Shown: piece by piece, positions 18,724-29,178 of the stretch
How positions within the stretch are numbered: position 1 is the stretch's first letter
Layout: each line of letters opens with the position of its first letter
Source: an uncultured bacterium
GTDB lineage: Bacteria; Patescibacteriota; JACMRA01
Direction of reading: 5' to 3'
Length of the DNA: 64,000 nt
Assembly (NCBI GenBank): GCA_963704645.1
Contig: OY969926.1
Location: 64,001-128,000 of the forward strand
Made by a program: the position numbers and the translations under genes
Notes under the pieces: generated by a model
Told to the model about the DNA's origin: nothing
Database searches by the model: none
What the model saw: the letters and a program-made list of their open reading frames with translations, nothing else

Positions 18724-19905
18724 CTATTTATGATTTCCTAATAAATCATCTAAACCTTTGGGTGGTCTGTTTAAACCTGCAATTGGTTTTGGGAGTGTGT
18801 TAATAGGTCTTTGTGCTGTTGAGGCATCGGCATTATTAAATTGAGGGTAAGACGTAGGATAGCTTGGCGGAATGTTTTGTTGTATTGGTGCAGCCTGTGG
18901 ATTTGGCTGAACAGGCATATTCTGTTGAACTGGCACTTGAATATTAGGCAAATTTACTTGCTGAAACTGTGGACTAAAACCATTTTGTACTTGGTTATTT
19001 TGATAGCTAGATTGAGCTTGCATAGACTGTTGAATGTTGGGCTGGAAATTTGCAGTTGGTTGAATTTCTTGAACCGGGAAAGTTTCAGAATTTGGTTGAA
19101 CAAATTGAGCATTTGCTGTTCTGTTAGGAACTCTTACTGGTGGAATATTTGGCCTAACTGGAATTTGTGCTGGCTGAGAATTACGTGCATTTACAAGCTC
19201 GCTAACATCTTTAGAAGTTAAAGTTGAGGCAGAAAAACCACGACGATTCAATACCTTTTCTAAATTCTTCTTGGCGTAGGCCTCGGTTTCTTCGTCTATA
19301 ATTAAATCAGGTTCTCCATCTACACCTATTTCCATAGCCTTTCTTTCTTCTTCAACAACTTTTTCTAGCAGTTCTTTCGGCATTTCCTGATTAGTTTGAA
19401 TATAATAAATTAACTTTTCTTGCGAAACAGGGTCTAAGCTATCAAATAAATCTTGCCATTCTTGGAAGTTTTCCTCTTCATCTAAATATTGCTGAATAAC
19501 TAAGTTTTCACTTAATTTTGTTCTATATAATCTGTCTAAATCACTATTTATTTGTTGTTTTTCTTCAACAGTAGTAGGAATGAATCTCTTATAATAAATG
19601 TCAATTTCTTCATCAGACAGCATTTCCCATTTATACATATTCCTCATTAAATCGAAGAAAGAATTATACAAGGGAATTTCATCTTGAGTTATTGCAGGTG
19701 GCAAGGAAAGACCCAATTTTAAATTAAGATTATCATTTATAACTTGGGCTTTGTCTACTTCCATGTCTTCTATTGCATCGGGTGAAAGATTGGCAATACC
19801 TGCATTGGTCGAATTAAAACTTGCCGTAGCAGGTGTAAAACCACTAGATGTTTGATTAGTGTCAACAAATTGAGATGCATTATCATCTTGATTATTTGGG
19901 TTCAT
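18724..19905 (-). CDS. Hypothetical protein: acidic helical core, Q/P/N-rich disordered C-terminus
   Basis: 393-aa ORF 17 nt downstream of the VirB6-like gene. Confidence 0.8.
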   Translation of the reverse strand: MNPNNQDDNASQFVDTNQTSSGFTPATASFNSTNAGIANLSPDAIEDMEVDKAQVINDNLNLKLGLSLPPAITQDEIPLYNSFFDLMRNMYKWEMLSDEEIDIYYKRFIPTTVEEKQQINSDLDRLYRTKLSENLVIQQYLDEEENFQEWQDLFDSLDPVSQEKLIYYIQTNQEMPKELLEKVVEEERKAMEIGVDGEPDLIIDEETEAYAKKNLEKVLNRRGFSASTLTSKDVSELVNARNSQPAQIPVRPNIPPVRVPNRTANAQFVQPNSETFPVQEIQPTANFQPNIQQSMQAQSSYQNNQVQNGFSPQFQQVNLPNIQVPVQQNMPVQPNPQAAPIQQNIPPSYPTSYPQFNNADASTAQRPINTLPKPIAGLNRPPKGLDDLLGNHK

Positions 19906-19922
19906 ATGTTAAGGTATTTATA

Positions 19923-22900
19923 TTAATTTGGTTTTGCTTTGTTGAAAATAAGTTCAACTTCTTTTACAGCGTTAGGTAGGCCGTCTAAAGCTTTTTTATT
20001 TGCGCTTTCAATTGCCCTCGAGTTTTCCAAAGTAATAGTTCTAGCAAACTCTGCAAGCTTTGAAGCACTCACACCTCCTCCGGATGTGGTTGCTTTAGAC
20101 CTAGCTTTATCTACTATTTCTGTGCTTTTATTATCTCTTTCTATTGTAAAATTACTGTTTATATCGTTAATGTAAGAAGTTGCAGCGGCGTTACCAGAAT
20201 ACTTTGCTACTAAAGCAGCGTGTTCAGTAGCTCTATCAGCTGGGCTAGCGGCGGCGTATTTACGAAGACCTTTAATTAAATCTTTTTGCGCTGAAGTTGT
20301 TAAATCTAAATTCATTACTGTACCACCCACTGTCACTTCTCCAGTTTTAATGTCGTCTATCTTATCTTTCATAAGCTCTAAAGCTGCCTGCTTTTGAACA
20401 TCTCTTTCGGTAATGTTTGTAACAGTATTAGATCTTAATCTAAGCTCCAGGTCTTTCATTTCTTTTCTAGCTTCAACTTCCAATGTGGACTCGTTGTTGG
20501 CTTTGCTTTTAGCATCATAAATTTGGTCGGCTACTCTTGCATACTGATCTTTCATTACCTCCTTAGTTTGAGTTAAATTTTCAACATTTCTTGCCATGGC
20601 AGCTTGATAAATTTTTAATGTTTCAGCATCGTTTGCCCCACTTACATTTACACCTTTAAACTGACCATTATTTTTTATTGCATCAATAATTTGCGCATCA
20701 GTAGATCCAACTGGTAGGTTTAGATTTGCTGCTATAGCATTCTTATCTTTTGCCTCAGCAACAGTGCTGGCACCAATGTTTTTCTTCATGTAACTTTCTA
20801 GATGGCGTGAATAATCAGCTGGATTAAAAACTCCATTATTAGCATTCTTATCTTCAATAATTTTACCAACTAAATAGGCTTCATCAATTTTGCTTGAAGA
20901 CCCTCTCAGGGCAGCATCAGTTTTTTCTGCAAAGGCTTTACCCGCTTCTGAATTCAAATCTACACCCATGCCAGTTAATATATCTTTTTTTACTGTTGAA
21001 TCTACGAATTGGCTAAATCCACCTTTCAAACCTGCATACTGCACCATTTCCTCGGTTGCTTTCTCTTTTCCAACAATGCCCACCCTTGTATCGTAAAACT
21101 CTTTAGCCTCCTCTGGATGAGCAGCAAGCCAACTACCATCCATCTCTTTTAAAGCTTCAGCCGAACTAGCAGATTTTCTTACTGCTGCATTTCTTTCAGC
21201 TTGATTTCCAACAAAAACCGGAACAACTTTTTTAACTCTGTCTTTTAATCCACTATCTAAAACATTGTCAGAATCCATAGCTTCTTGAATTAAACTAGTC
21301 ATGTTCTTACTGCCAATAAACTGTTGTCTTACATCTCCAATTTCAATACCATCCTTAACATAATCTACAAATTGAGACTGCTCACTAGCTGAAAGATTAG
21401 ATAATTTACCCTTAGCTTTGTCAGCAAGTTTTATTCCTTTAGAGGCCAATTTACTTCTAGGAATTTTAGCATCATTTCCCAAAGATTTATCATAGGCAAG
21501 CTTTTCATATTCCTTGCTCTTGTCTCGCACCCAATTTGGATTTGCTTTTTCAAAACCTGCAATATCACTGGCGTCTAGACCTCGTAACTTAGCTTTATTT
21601 CCGTATATCAAATCTGCTTGTTCGCTAAAGCCTGCTTTCCTCATTCTTACTTCATTCCTAAACCTGTCCGATTCTTTATACCCTGCAATTCTAGCTTTTT
21701 TAGCGGCTTCACTAGCACCTAAAATGCCTTTAGCACCTTCCGTCCAATCTTTATTTGTCCAGCGTTCAAAATTGTTACCCCAACCTTCAAATTTGTCTTT
21801 AAGTGCAGTTCTTCCCGCAGCAAATTTAGCTGCTCTCTTATCAGCCATGGCCTTTAAATTAACGGCAGCATTTGCTCTTCTTTGTGCAACAATATTATTT
21901 AAACTTGTTTTCATTGCACCAGCAGGTAGAGAGTTTGCACGCGCCTCTATTTTAGCAGTTCTACTTGAATATCTTAATTCATCTTTCAAACCAGCCAGCC
22001 TTTCTTGAAGTCTTAATTTACCTGCTATACCTGGAGCAACCGCGCCAGCAGCCATAGCCCCTAGCCTACCAGCATCGCCAACTTTACTAACTACATTACC
22101 AATTGCTGAAGTTGCAGATTTTATTCCAGCTTTGATAGCATCTAGCATTTTTTTGTAATTGCTGGTTAATAAACCAAGCATGTAAACCGAAGCAAAAGCA
22201 ACTGCTACGTACAATGCCAATGTTGTTACCAGCTGTGCAGTACCCTGATCAGTGCCTTGAGCATTTACCAAAACTCCATTTGCATCTAAACCATTAGCCG
22301 TATTTGTGAGTTTTTTAATATTTGAATTAGCCGCAGCTGAAAAAGCCGATGATACCCTACCAACTAAAATTAAAGCAAAAATGAAAATTGGATAGAAAAA
22401 AGCTAATGAAGAAAAGTTTTCCCACCATTCTTTAGCTAGCTTCTTTAACTGGTCTATTGGCGAGAAGAATGCAACTAAAGCCAACGGTGAAGCTACCATT
22501 AAAAGCCACAAGCCTACCACGCGCAACAAGGCCAAAAACATAGCCCTCCACATTTGCATTATAGCGTAAATTATAACAATTAAGTAAACTATTTCCCCAG
22601 AAGTAATGGCCACAGTACCACCAGCTTTTTTACCAAACAAACTTGCAAATAGGTTAAATCCAACATTAAGTCCTCCCCCAACAGTTCCACCAAGTCTACC
22701 AATTTCACCAAATTGATTTGTATCGCACTCTTTACCTCCAGTGGCAGGCTTTCCGCCCTCTGTAACATTCACGGCTCCACATCTGATGTAAGACAATTGT
22801 TTAATATTGCTCATGAAATCACCGATAATTGCATCGCTTTTAGTTCTGCCCGATGTTGTTGTATAGGCTCCTATAAAAGTATCACCAATACCGTGTGTAA

Positions 22901-24128
22901 AATTAATAAAAGCAGCGCAGGCAAACAAACTTAAGTTAACAGTAACACCAATAATTAAAATATTAGTTACAAAGCTTTCCCATTTATTGTTTTTAGTAAT
23001 GCTTTTAACACCCAATAAATAGCCAAAACCAAGGTATATAAAAGAAAATAAAATAAGTAAGTTAGCTATGGAAACCACAATTTGCCAAGGTTCAGTAGCC
23101 ACGCTTAAAAATTCAGAGCTGGCTGGGTTAATTTGAACAATAACTAGAAACACGAAGGACACCATCCACAAAACTAGAGTTGCAAACCAACTTGCCAAGT
23201 AGACGAAAATTAAAACTATAGCTGCCACGAAGTCTAACAGAACTTTTATTAGTTCGTTTAGTGGGTTAGTAACTTCTTTTGGTGTTTCTCCGGCTAGCTT
23301 GGCATCAACACTAGCTACAGTCAGATCTGTAGCACTTAAACCCAAATCAGATATTTTTTTTGCATCACCCGTAAATGTAGATGTCTTGCCACAAGAAAAA
23401 TCTTTTCCACCTTGAGCAGTATTTCCTCTGTCGGTACATGAATAATAATACTTGTAAGTATTGTCAGAATTCTTCACTCTACAAACTTTAGTTCCTTGAT
23501 CTTTATTTATAATTGAACATTCCGCTGTAACTTTTTTACCCCCAGAAAATGTGGTTCCTCCTTCACCTTCTACAATATCAGTAAAAACCTCTTGGCTTGA
23601 CCAGCTAAGATCAACTGTGGATGTAATTTCATTAATTACAGTGGTGGTGGCCTGTTTTAACTCACCAACTGTTGGGTTGTTAGTACTAAATGAAGTATTT
23701 ATTTCTGATGCACATTGAACTTTCGTACCACTCCCACTTGTAACACCTCCAAGACCTGTAGTGCCTACGTTTAAACAACCTGTAGCATATTGATAACCTC
23801 CATCGTTTTTAGGTATTCTACACACTGTACCGTAACACTCAACCTGAGCAAAGTTAGGGTTTTGATTCCAAGTCTTGTTATTATCCTTATTAACAGAAAC
23901 ATCGTATGTTGGGTAGGCTCTGAAGCTTGATTGAGTTGTATCAGGTAAACTATCAATTGAAGTTCCTATATTCTGCCCCAAAACTAACACTCCTCCACCA
24001 AAAAAAGAGACAACTAACAAACCTAACATTAATAAACTGGAAATCTTTGTTAAGCCTAACAATTTTGCAGACTTAATTTGGGCAAAAGTTTTGTGTACTC
24101 TCTTTCTTAAATTTACTTTTATATTCAC
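19923..24128 (-). CDS. Giant VirB6/TrbL-like membrane protein
   Basis: WQIVVSIAN, VNLSLF, LLRVVGLWLLMVASPLALVAFFSP...KEWWE..FFYP multi-TM core typical of CPR VirB6-like proteins; long K/A-rich C-terminus. Confidence 0.75.
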   Translation of the reverse strand: MNIKVNLRKRVHKTFAQIKSAKLLGLTKISSLLMLGLLVVSFFGGGVLVLGQNIGTSIDSLPDTTQSSFRAYPTYDVSVNKDNNKTWNQNPNFAQVECYGTVCRIPKNDGGYQYATGCLNVGTTGLGGVTSGSGTKVQCASEINTSFSTNNPTVGELKQATTTVINEITSTVDLSWSSQEVFTDIVEGEGGTTFSGGKKVTAECSIINKDQGTKVCRVKNSDNTYKYYYSCTDRGNTAQGGKDFSCGKTSTFTGDAKKISDLGLSATDLTVASVDAKLAGETPKEVTNPLNELIKVLLDFVAAIVLIFVYLASWFATLVLWMVSFVFLVIVQINPASSEFLSVATEPWQIVVSIANLLILFSFIYLGFGYLLGVKSITKNNKWESFVTNILIIGVTVNLSLFACAAFINFTHGIGDTFIGAYTTTSGRTKSDAIIGDFMSNIKQLSYIRCGAVNVTEGGKPATGGKECDTNQFGEIGRLGGTVGGGLNVGFNLFASLFGKKAGGTVAITSGEIVYLIVIIYAIMQMWRAMFLALLRVVGLWLLMVASPLALVAFFSPIDQLKKLAKEWWENFSSLAFFYPIFIFALILVGRVSSAFSAAANSNIKKLTNTANGLDANGVLVNAQGTDQGTAQLVTTLALYVAVAFASVYMLGLLTSNYKKMLDAIKAGIKSATSAIGNVVSKVGDAGRLGAMAAGAVAPGIAGKLRLQERLAGLKDELRYSSRTAKIEARANSLPAGAMKTSLNNIVAQRRANAAVNLKAMADKRAAKFAAGRTALKDKFEGWGNNFERWTNKDWTEGAKGILGASEAAKKARIAGYKESDRFRNEVRMRKAGFSEQADLIYGNKAKLRGLDASDIAGFEKANPNWVRDKSKEYEKLAYDKSLGNDAKIPRSKLASKGIKLADKAKGKLSNLSASEQSQFVDYVKDGIEIGDVRQQFIGSKNMTSLIQEAMDSDNVLDSGLKDRVKKVVPVFVGNQAERNAAVRKSASSAEALKEMDGSWLAAHPEEAKEFYDTRVGIVGKEKATEEMVQYAGLKGGFSQFVDSTVKKDILTGMGVDLNSEAGKAFAEKTDAALRGSSSKIDEAYLVGKIIEDKNANNGVFNPADYSRHLESYMKKNIGASTVAEAKDKNAIAANLNLPVGSTDAQIIDAIKNNGQFKGVNVSGANDAETLKIYQAAMARNVENLTQTKEVMKDQYARVADQIYDAKSKANNESTLEVEARKEMKDLELRLRSNTVTNITERDVQKQAALELMKDKIDDIKTGEVTVGGTVMNLDLTTSAQKDLIKGLRKYAAASPADRATEHAALVAKYSGNAAATSYINDINSNFTIERDNKSTEIVDKARSKATTSGGGVSASKLAEFARTITLENSRAIESANKKALDGLPNAVKEVELIFNKAKPN

Positions 24129-24299
24129 AAGTTCTGGTAATTATACTTATATTATACACCAATTTTCATGTTCGGGCAAAAGGGCAAAATTTTGGTGGAA
24201 AGTGGGAGTATATTTGGCTCAAAGATTGTGGGTTTTATCTATGCCCATTAAAAGTTGAAAGAAGTTGAAGGTTTCGCCTTATCGGTTAAAAAATTATCA

Positions 24300-24346
24300 T
24301 GTTGGATTTTTAACGTTGATGGCTCGCAAGCTTCGCCGCTACAGGG
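24300..24346 (-). repeat. REP-A with conserved tail upstream of RAYT
   Basis: Reverse complement CCCTGTAGCGGCGAAGCTTGCGAGCCATCAACGTTAAAAATCCAAC. Confidence 0.9.
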
Positions 24347-24417
24347 TTGTCCAATAGTTGAACAATTATTTTTTAGTCATTAATTGGCTTATTAGTAAAA
24401 ATTCAATTTCAAGGTAT

Positions 24418-25071
24418 ATGTTTATCAGAAAAAATGTTAGAACTGAAAAATATAATTACACCCAACCAAACTACTATTTTATTACCATATGTGAGAAATT
24501 TCGCAGACCTTTATTTTCCTCAATTATAAATCAACAAAATCACGAGACATCCTGTAGCGGCGAAGCTTGCGAGCCAAAGTCTTTGGGATCCAATCACAAT
24601 ATTAGCGAAGCTTGCGAGCCATCAACATTAGAAATTCAAACACATAATTCCTACATCGATAACAACAAATCACATTTTCATAACGCACCCTTAGTAAAAT
24701 TAACCAAAATTGGTGAAAGCATAGAGACTAGCCTACAGTATATAAACAATATGTTCATTGGTGTTTCAGTGTCAGATTATGTTATAATGCCAAATCACAT
24801 TCATTTTATACTTATTTTAAGCTTATCATCACCCCAATACAAAAGCTCTAATAAACCAGTAGCATTTGGCCAAATTTTGAGCACAATAAAATCTATGTCT
24901 CTAACAATGTGCAGAAAAGAAGCTCTTGAATTAGATTGGCAAACTTCATTTTATGAAAAAATTATTCGAAATGAGAAAGAGCTATATTCTATAAAAAAAT
25001 ATATTTTAGAAAATCCTTTAAAATGGAAACTGGATTGTTTTAATCCTAAATATAGGAAATTCGATGATTGA
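24418..25071 (+). CDS. REP-associated tyrosine transposase (RAYT, IS200/IS605-like Y1 HUH)
   Basis: YYFITIC, YVIMPNHIH (HUH), WQTSFYEKIIR, KYILENP (catalytic Tyr); flanked by GTAG REPs. Confidence 0.93.
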   Translation: MFIRKNVRTEKYNYTQPNYYFITICEKFRRPLFSSIINQQNHETSCSGEACEPKSLGSNHNISEACEPSTLEIQTHNSYIDNNKSHFHNAPLVKLTKIGESIETSLQYINNMFIGVSVSDYVIMPNHIHFILILSLSSPQYKSSNKPVAFGQILSTIKSMSLTMCRKEALELDWQTSFYEKIIRNEKELYSIKKYILENPLKWKLDCFNPKYRKFDD

Positions 25072-25085
25072 ATTTTTAGTGTGTA

Positions 25086-25164
25086 TGGCTCGTAAACTTC
25101 GCTAATATTATGATTGGATCCCAAAGACTTTTGCTCGCAAGCTTCGTCGCTACCAAGCTTCGCC
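25086..25164 (-). repeat. REP-A doublet downstream of RAYT; inverted copy of 24554-24621
   Basis: Reverse complement GTAGCGACGAAGCTTGCGAGCAAAAGTCTTTGGGATCCAATCATAATATTAGCGAAGTTTACGAGCCA. Confidence 0.9.
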
Positions 25165-25228
25165 TCAATTTATGATTTATTTGGCATATTTTCTTTACAA
25201 GCTATAAAAAGTTTTAGAACATAAGCTG

Positions 25229-26506
25229 GTGAACTATTTACAAATAACCCCTACTGTGCATTTGCTAACCCACAGTATGAACAGGCAAGAAAGCCAACTG
25301 GATATTATTTTAACAAGCGGAGGTAGTTGGTTTGAAGATAAAAATAATTTAGGAAGAAGACATTTAATGGAACACTGTGTCGTAGCCAGAACCCACCAGC
25401 TAAATTTCAATGAACTTAAAGATTATGCTTTCAAAAACAACTTAAGTTTAAATGCATTTACTTCACCTTTAAACATGGGTTTTGATGGCACTTCTCACCA
25501 CTCTGATTTTGAAACTATGTTGGATATTTTATTGGAAACAAGTTTAAACCCAAATTTTGTTGAAGAAGATTTAAACAGGGAGAAGGAAATTGTATTACGC
25601 GAAATTAGCGAACGTCGAGGTGACCCTAATTACAAATTATATTTTGATGTAAACAACCAAATATTCACTCCAAACAGTATAGCCAATCACCAAGTTTTAG
25701 GTGATGAAAAAATTGTGGCCACAACAAAATTAGAAAACTTTTTTGAACTTTACGAACAAGCAACTAAACAAAGCCACTTGGTTATTAAAGCTACAGGAGG
25801 AGGAATTGATGAAAAAAGAATTGTAGAAAAAGTTCAAGCATATTTAGCTAAAACTAATTTGGAATGGATTAAAAACTTAAGCAGTTTGGAAGATAAGAAA
25901 GCAATAGATTACAAGCCAAAAAATACTTTGCAAGAGTTCAGCTTTAAAACCTTTCAAAGTGACATTGCCCACGAACATGCAGAAGTAACAATAGCTTTAG
26001 ACGTACCAATTAATTTTGAGAACAGACCAATTTTACCATATTTAACCAATTTGTATTTTAGATATGGAGGAATTTTATACGATAAACTACGTGACGAGCT
26101 TGGTTTAGTTTATGGTTTTTCTAGCAGCTATGAAAAAGATTTAGACAAAATTGTACTTCAGCTTTCTTGTGAATTGCAATATGTAAACACTATAATTGAT
26201 GAAGTTGTTAAAGTATTCAGTGATTTTGAAAATAATTTTAAACCTAGTAAATTTGAAGAATTCAAAGCTATTTTAAGCAAAAGACAAGACTTGGCCTTAG
26301 ATAAAATTGCCACAGAAATTAACCATACATATGGCACTTTGCGTAGTTACGGAACTTTGGAAACCTACCAAGAATTTAGTACCAAAATTAGACAAGTCGA
26401 CCAATCTAAGTTTCAGGCTTTCTACGAAATTATACAGTCTAAATTAGATAATATAAAAGTTTTCGTTGTAAGCAAAGACAAAAAGGTTTTGGAGTTGAAA
26501 AGGTAA
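25229..26506 (+). CDS. M16 family zinc peptidase
   Basis: HLMEH (HxxEH), NAFTS, EKEIVLREI, LRDELGLVYG. Confidence 0.92.
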   Translation: MNYLQITPTVHLLTHSMNRQESQLDIILTSGGSWFEDKNNLGRRHLMEHCVVARTHQLNFNELKDYAFKNNLSLNAFTSPLNMGFDGTSHHSDFETMLDILLETSLNPNFVEEDLNREKEIVLREISERRGDPNYKLYFDVNNQIFTPNSIANHQVLGDEKIVATTKLENFFELYEQATKQSHLVIKATGGGIDEKRIVEKVQAYLAKTNLEWIKNLSSLEDKKAIDYKPKNTLQEFSFKTFQSDIAHEHAEVTIALDVPINFENRPILPYLTNLYFRYGGILYDKLRDELGLVYGFSSSYEKDLDKIVLQLSCELQYVNTIIDEVVKVFSDFENNFKPSKFEEFKAILSKRQDLALDKIATEINHTYGTLRSYGTLETYQEFSTKIRQVDQSKFQAFYEIIQSKLDNIKVFVVSKDKKVLELKR

Positions 26507-26716
26507 TTAAAGCAAAGTGTTGATAGCTGTCCCCCTGAACTTGTTTCAAAAAGGCTGGTGCGAGCTGAGCTTGTCTTAGCGTTAGTTTTGACCCGAAGGT
26601 CTAAGCCATAAAATAGTGCTAAGTGATTATCTCGGCATAAAAATTTCCCTAGAAAAAACAAATGAAGCAACTTGAGCTTCAAAAGTTAGAATTTTATAAA
26701 TATTTTACCCCCCCCC

Positions 26717-27598
26717 TTAAACCTTCAAAAACTCTCGGAAATCGTAGATGAAACTAACCAAATCTTCATCCATAGTATTATGTCCCACACCTTTGTACAT
26801 TTTATAATGGAAAGTTGGAGTTGCAGAAGTATTATTTAAATCGATAATAGTTTTTTTACTTTTAGCTACATCAGCATAACTTTCAATTACTATGCCTAAT
26901 TTTTGTACCTCACTAACTGTAGCCAGCAAATCAGTTTGACCTGAAATAGCTAAAATTGGAATTTTAATAAGCTTTAACTGATCTTCTAAGGTTAGCTTTC
27001 TAAATTCTTTCTCAAAGTTATGAGCTTGAACAATTTTCATACAACTGTTAAAACCTTTTCTTTTGGGGTTTTCTATAAAAATTTGCAAGGCTGTTTTCCA
27101 TCTAATAGAACCTACTATTTTCTGAATTCTTTTTAAAGTTTTTTCCGATCTAGTAAAAATTAAATTCTTGTAAAACCAGTTAAGTGAATTAATTAAACCT
27201 GAATTGAATCTATTCGGCGTAGAAATTAAAACTATCTTTTCAACCAAATTTGGCATTTTCATTGCGAAATTTAAGGCTATAACTCCCCCTACTGAATGAC
27301 CTACTAATACAATTTTATCTAATCTTAAGGCTGAAACTACTTCTGGCTTACCCGTAAGAATTAATTTATTAGCTAATTTCTGTTGTAACGCTAACTTAGG
27401 TAAAAAGTTTTCTTCAATTAATTTGTTTGTATCTTCTAACGAAAAAGTTTTGTCATTATTAGGATGCCCAGGCAAGGACAAAGTAAAAGTTTCTAAAATA
27501 GAAGCATCTGAGTATGTTTCGTCTAAGTTTAAAATTCCTCTTATTTGAGGAATCCAAAAACTGCTAGTTGCTGCTGTGCCATGGATGAATAAGTACAT
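26717..27598 (-). CDS. Alpha/beta hydrolase
   Basis: FIHG, LPGH, GHSVGG nucleophile elbow, G..D, GVGH. Confidence 0.9.
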   Translation of the reverse strand: MYLFIHGTAATSSFWIPQIRGILNLDETYSDASILETFTLSLPGHPNNDKTFSLEDTNKLIEENFLPKLALQQKLANKLILTGKPEVVSALRLDKIVLVGHSVGGVIALNFAMKMPNLVEKIVLISTPNRFNSGLINSLNWFYKNLIFTRSEKTLKRIQKIVGSIRWKTALQIFIENPKRKGFNSCMKIVQAHNFEKEFRKLTLEDQLKLIKIPILAISGQTDLLATVSEVQKLGIVIESYADVAKSKKTIIDLNNTSATPTFHYKMYKGVGHNTMDEDLVSFIYDFREFLKV

Positions 27599-27644
27599 TT
27601 AATGTAGTGTTATTTACAGTTGAAAGTGTTGTCAAAGCAATAAA

Positions 27645-28043
27645 TTATTTAGAAGGACTCTCTAGGTTTAATTTTGTTCTTTCTTCCTCGCCTAAAAATT
27701 TAATTATAAAGAAGCGAATTGATAAATACACCACAAAAGTAATAATTACGAAGTTAATTAAATCGGTTATAAATGAACCAACTTTTATATCGTAAGGGCT
27801 AAAATTACTTAAATCTACTAAACCAATAAACTTAGCTAAAATTTTATTAATAATATTATCTACTAAAGAATTAACTAATTTTGTTACAGCCTGACCAATA
27901 ACAACACCAATTGCCAAACCAACTACGCCGTATTTTTTTATAAAATCTACGAAATCGGCAATTAAATTGCTTTTTGCTTTTTTATTGATTTGTTCTTCTT
28001 TCTCTAATGAAACTTGTTCTAAATTGTTATCTATTTTGTTCAT
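27645..28043 (-). CDS. mscL: Large-conductance mechanosensitive channel
   Basis: F.DFIKKYGVVGLAIGVVIG.A..LVNSLV.NII, GSFITDLINFVII. Confidence 0.92.
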   Translation of the reverse strand: MNKIDNNLEQVSLEKEEQINKKAKSNLIADFVDFIKKYGVVGLAIGVVIGQAVTKLVNSLVDNIINKILAKFIGLVDLSNFSPYDIKVGSFITDLINFVIITFVVYLSIRFFIIKFLGEEERTKLNLESPSK

Positions 28044-28158
28044 AAAATAAGGACATTTTTAAAGAATAAAGAGGCACAAAAACCAACCTGTCAAGCAAAA
28101 TTTGTTTTGACATAAGCATATTTGTGACGTATTCTTAGTTAAACATAAAACCACAGCA

Positions 28159-29103
28159 ATGCCTCTTATTTCTTTTATTTTACCTGTTCATAACGAGGAA
28201 GATAATATTAAAATACTTTACAATAGAATAATTAAGCTAAAAAAAGACCTTCCTAAATATTCTTTTGAATTAATTTTTGTAAACGATTTTAGCACCGACA
28301 ATTCTTTTAAGGAAATGCAAGATTTGCATAAAAAAGACCCTGAGCAAGTTAAAATTATTAACTTTAGTAAAAATTATGGACACCAAATTGCTGTAACTGC
28401 AGCACAAGATTACGCTGAAGGAGATGCTGTAATTATAATGGACACCGACTTACAAGATCCGCCAGAGGTTTGTTTAGAATTAGTTCAAAAGTATGAAGAA
28501 GGTTTTGATGTGGTTTACGCTCAACGTTCAAAATATAAATCTAGTTTTACCAAACAACTATTCGGGTTTGTTTTTTACAGATTATTAAAAAGTATTGCCA
28601 GTGTAGATATTCCAGTAGATACAGGAGACTTCAGACTTCTAAGCCGAAGAGTTAATTTAGAAATGAGAAAATACAAAGAAAAATCTAGATATTTAAGAGC
28701 TATTTCTTCTTTAATAGGGTTCAAGCAAACTGCCGTACAATTTGTTAGAGCCCCAAGATTAAATGGCGAACCGAGTTATAATTTCACCAAAAGTTTAAAG
28801 CTAGCCATGGATGGAATTACGTCTTTTTCTTTGTTCCCAATAAGATTTATTAGCTTTTTTGGTATTTTAATTTCCACCTCCAGCTTATTGGCCATGGTAA
28901 CCTATTTTGTGTATGCCATATTTTTTAAAGGCGAGCTTTCGGCTTGGGGCAGCATTTTATTAATAATAATTTTTATGGGTGGAATACAAATGTTTATGCT
29001 AGGAATTATTGGCGAATACGTGGGAAGAATTTTTATTGAAGTTTTAAATAGACCGCTTTACACAGTAGCAAATTTTGTTGGTTTGGAAGAAAAGACAAAG
29101 TAA
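28159..29103 (+). CDS. GT2 polyprenol-phosphate glycosyltransferase (GtrB-like)
   Basis: PVHNEE, NDFSTD, MDTDLQDPP, TGDFRLL, two C-terminal TM helices, GEYVGRIF. Confidence 0.93.
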   Translation: MPLISFILPVHNEEDNIKILYNRIIKLKKDLPKYSFELIFVNDFSTDNSFKEMQDLHKKDPEQVKIINFSKNYGHQIAVTAAQDYAEGDAVIIMDTDLQDPPEVCLELVQKYEEGFDVVYAQRSKYKSSFTKQLFGFVFYRLLKSIASVDIPVDTGDFRLLSRRVNLEMRKYKEKSRYLRAISSLIGFKQTAVQFVRAPRLNGEPSYNFTKSLKLAMDGITSFSLFPIRFISFFGILISTSSLLAMVTYFVYAIFFKGELSAWGSILLIIIFMGGIQMFMLGIIGEYVGRIFIEVLNRPLYTVANFVGLEEKTK

Positions 29104-29125
29104 TAAACTTTATAAAAGAAAAATT

Positions 29126-29155
29126 CCCCAGATTACAATATTGTAATTTTTGGGG
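29126..29155. terminator. Bidirectional terminator-like hairpin
   Basis: CCCCA-GATTACAA-TA-TTGTAATT-TT-TGGGG between convergent genes. Confidence 0.6.
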
Positions 29156-29178
29156 CATTTGTTTTGTTGAAAATGAAA

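Noticed and set aside
24418-25071. IS200/IS605 insertion sequence with TnpB
   Set aside because: No tnpB; motifs and GTAG REP flanks fit a RAYT
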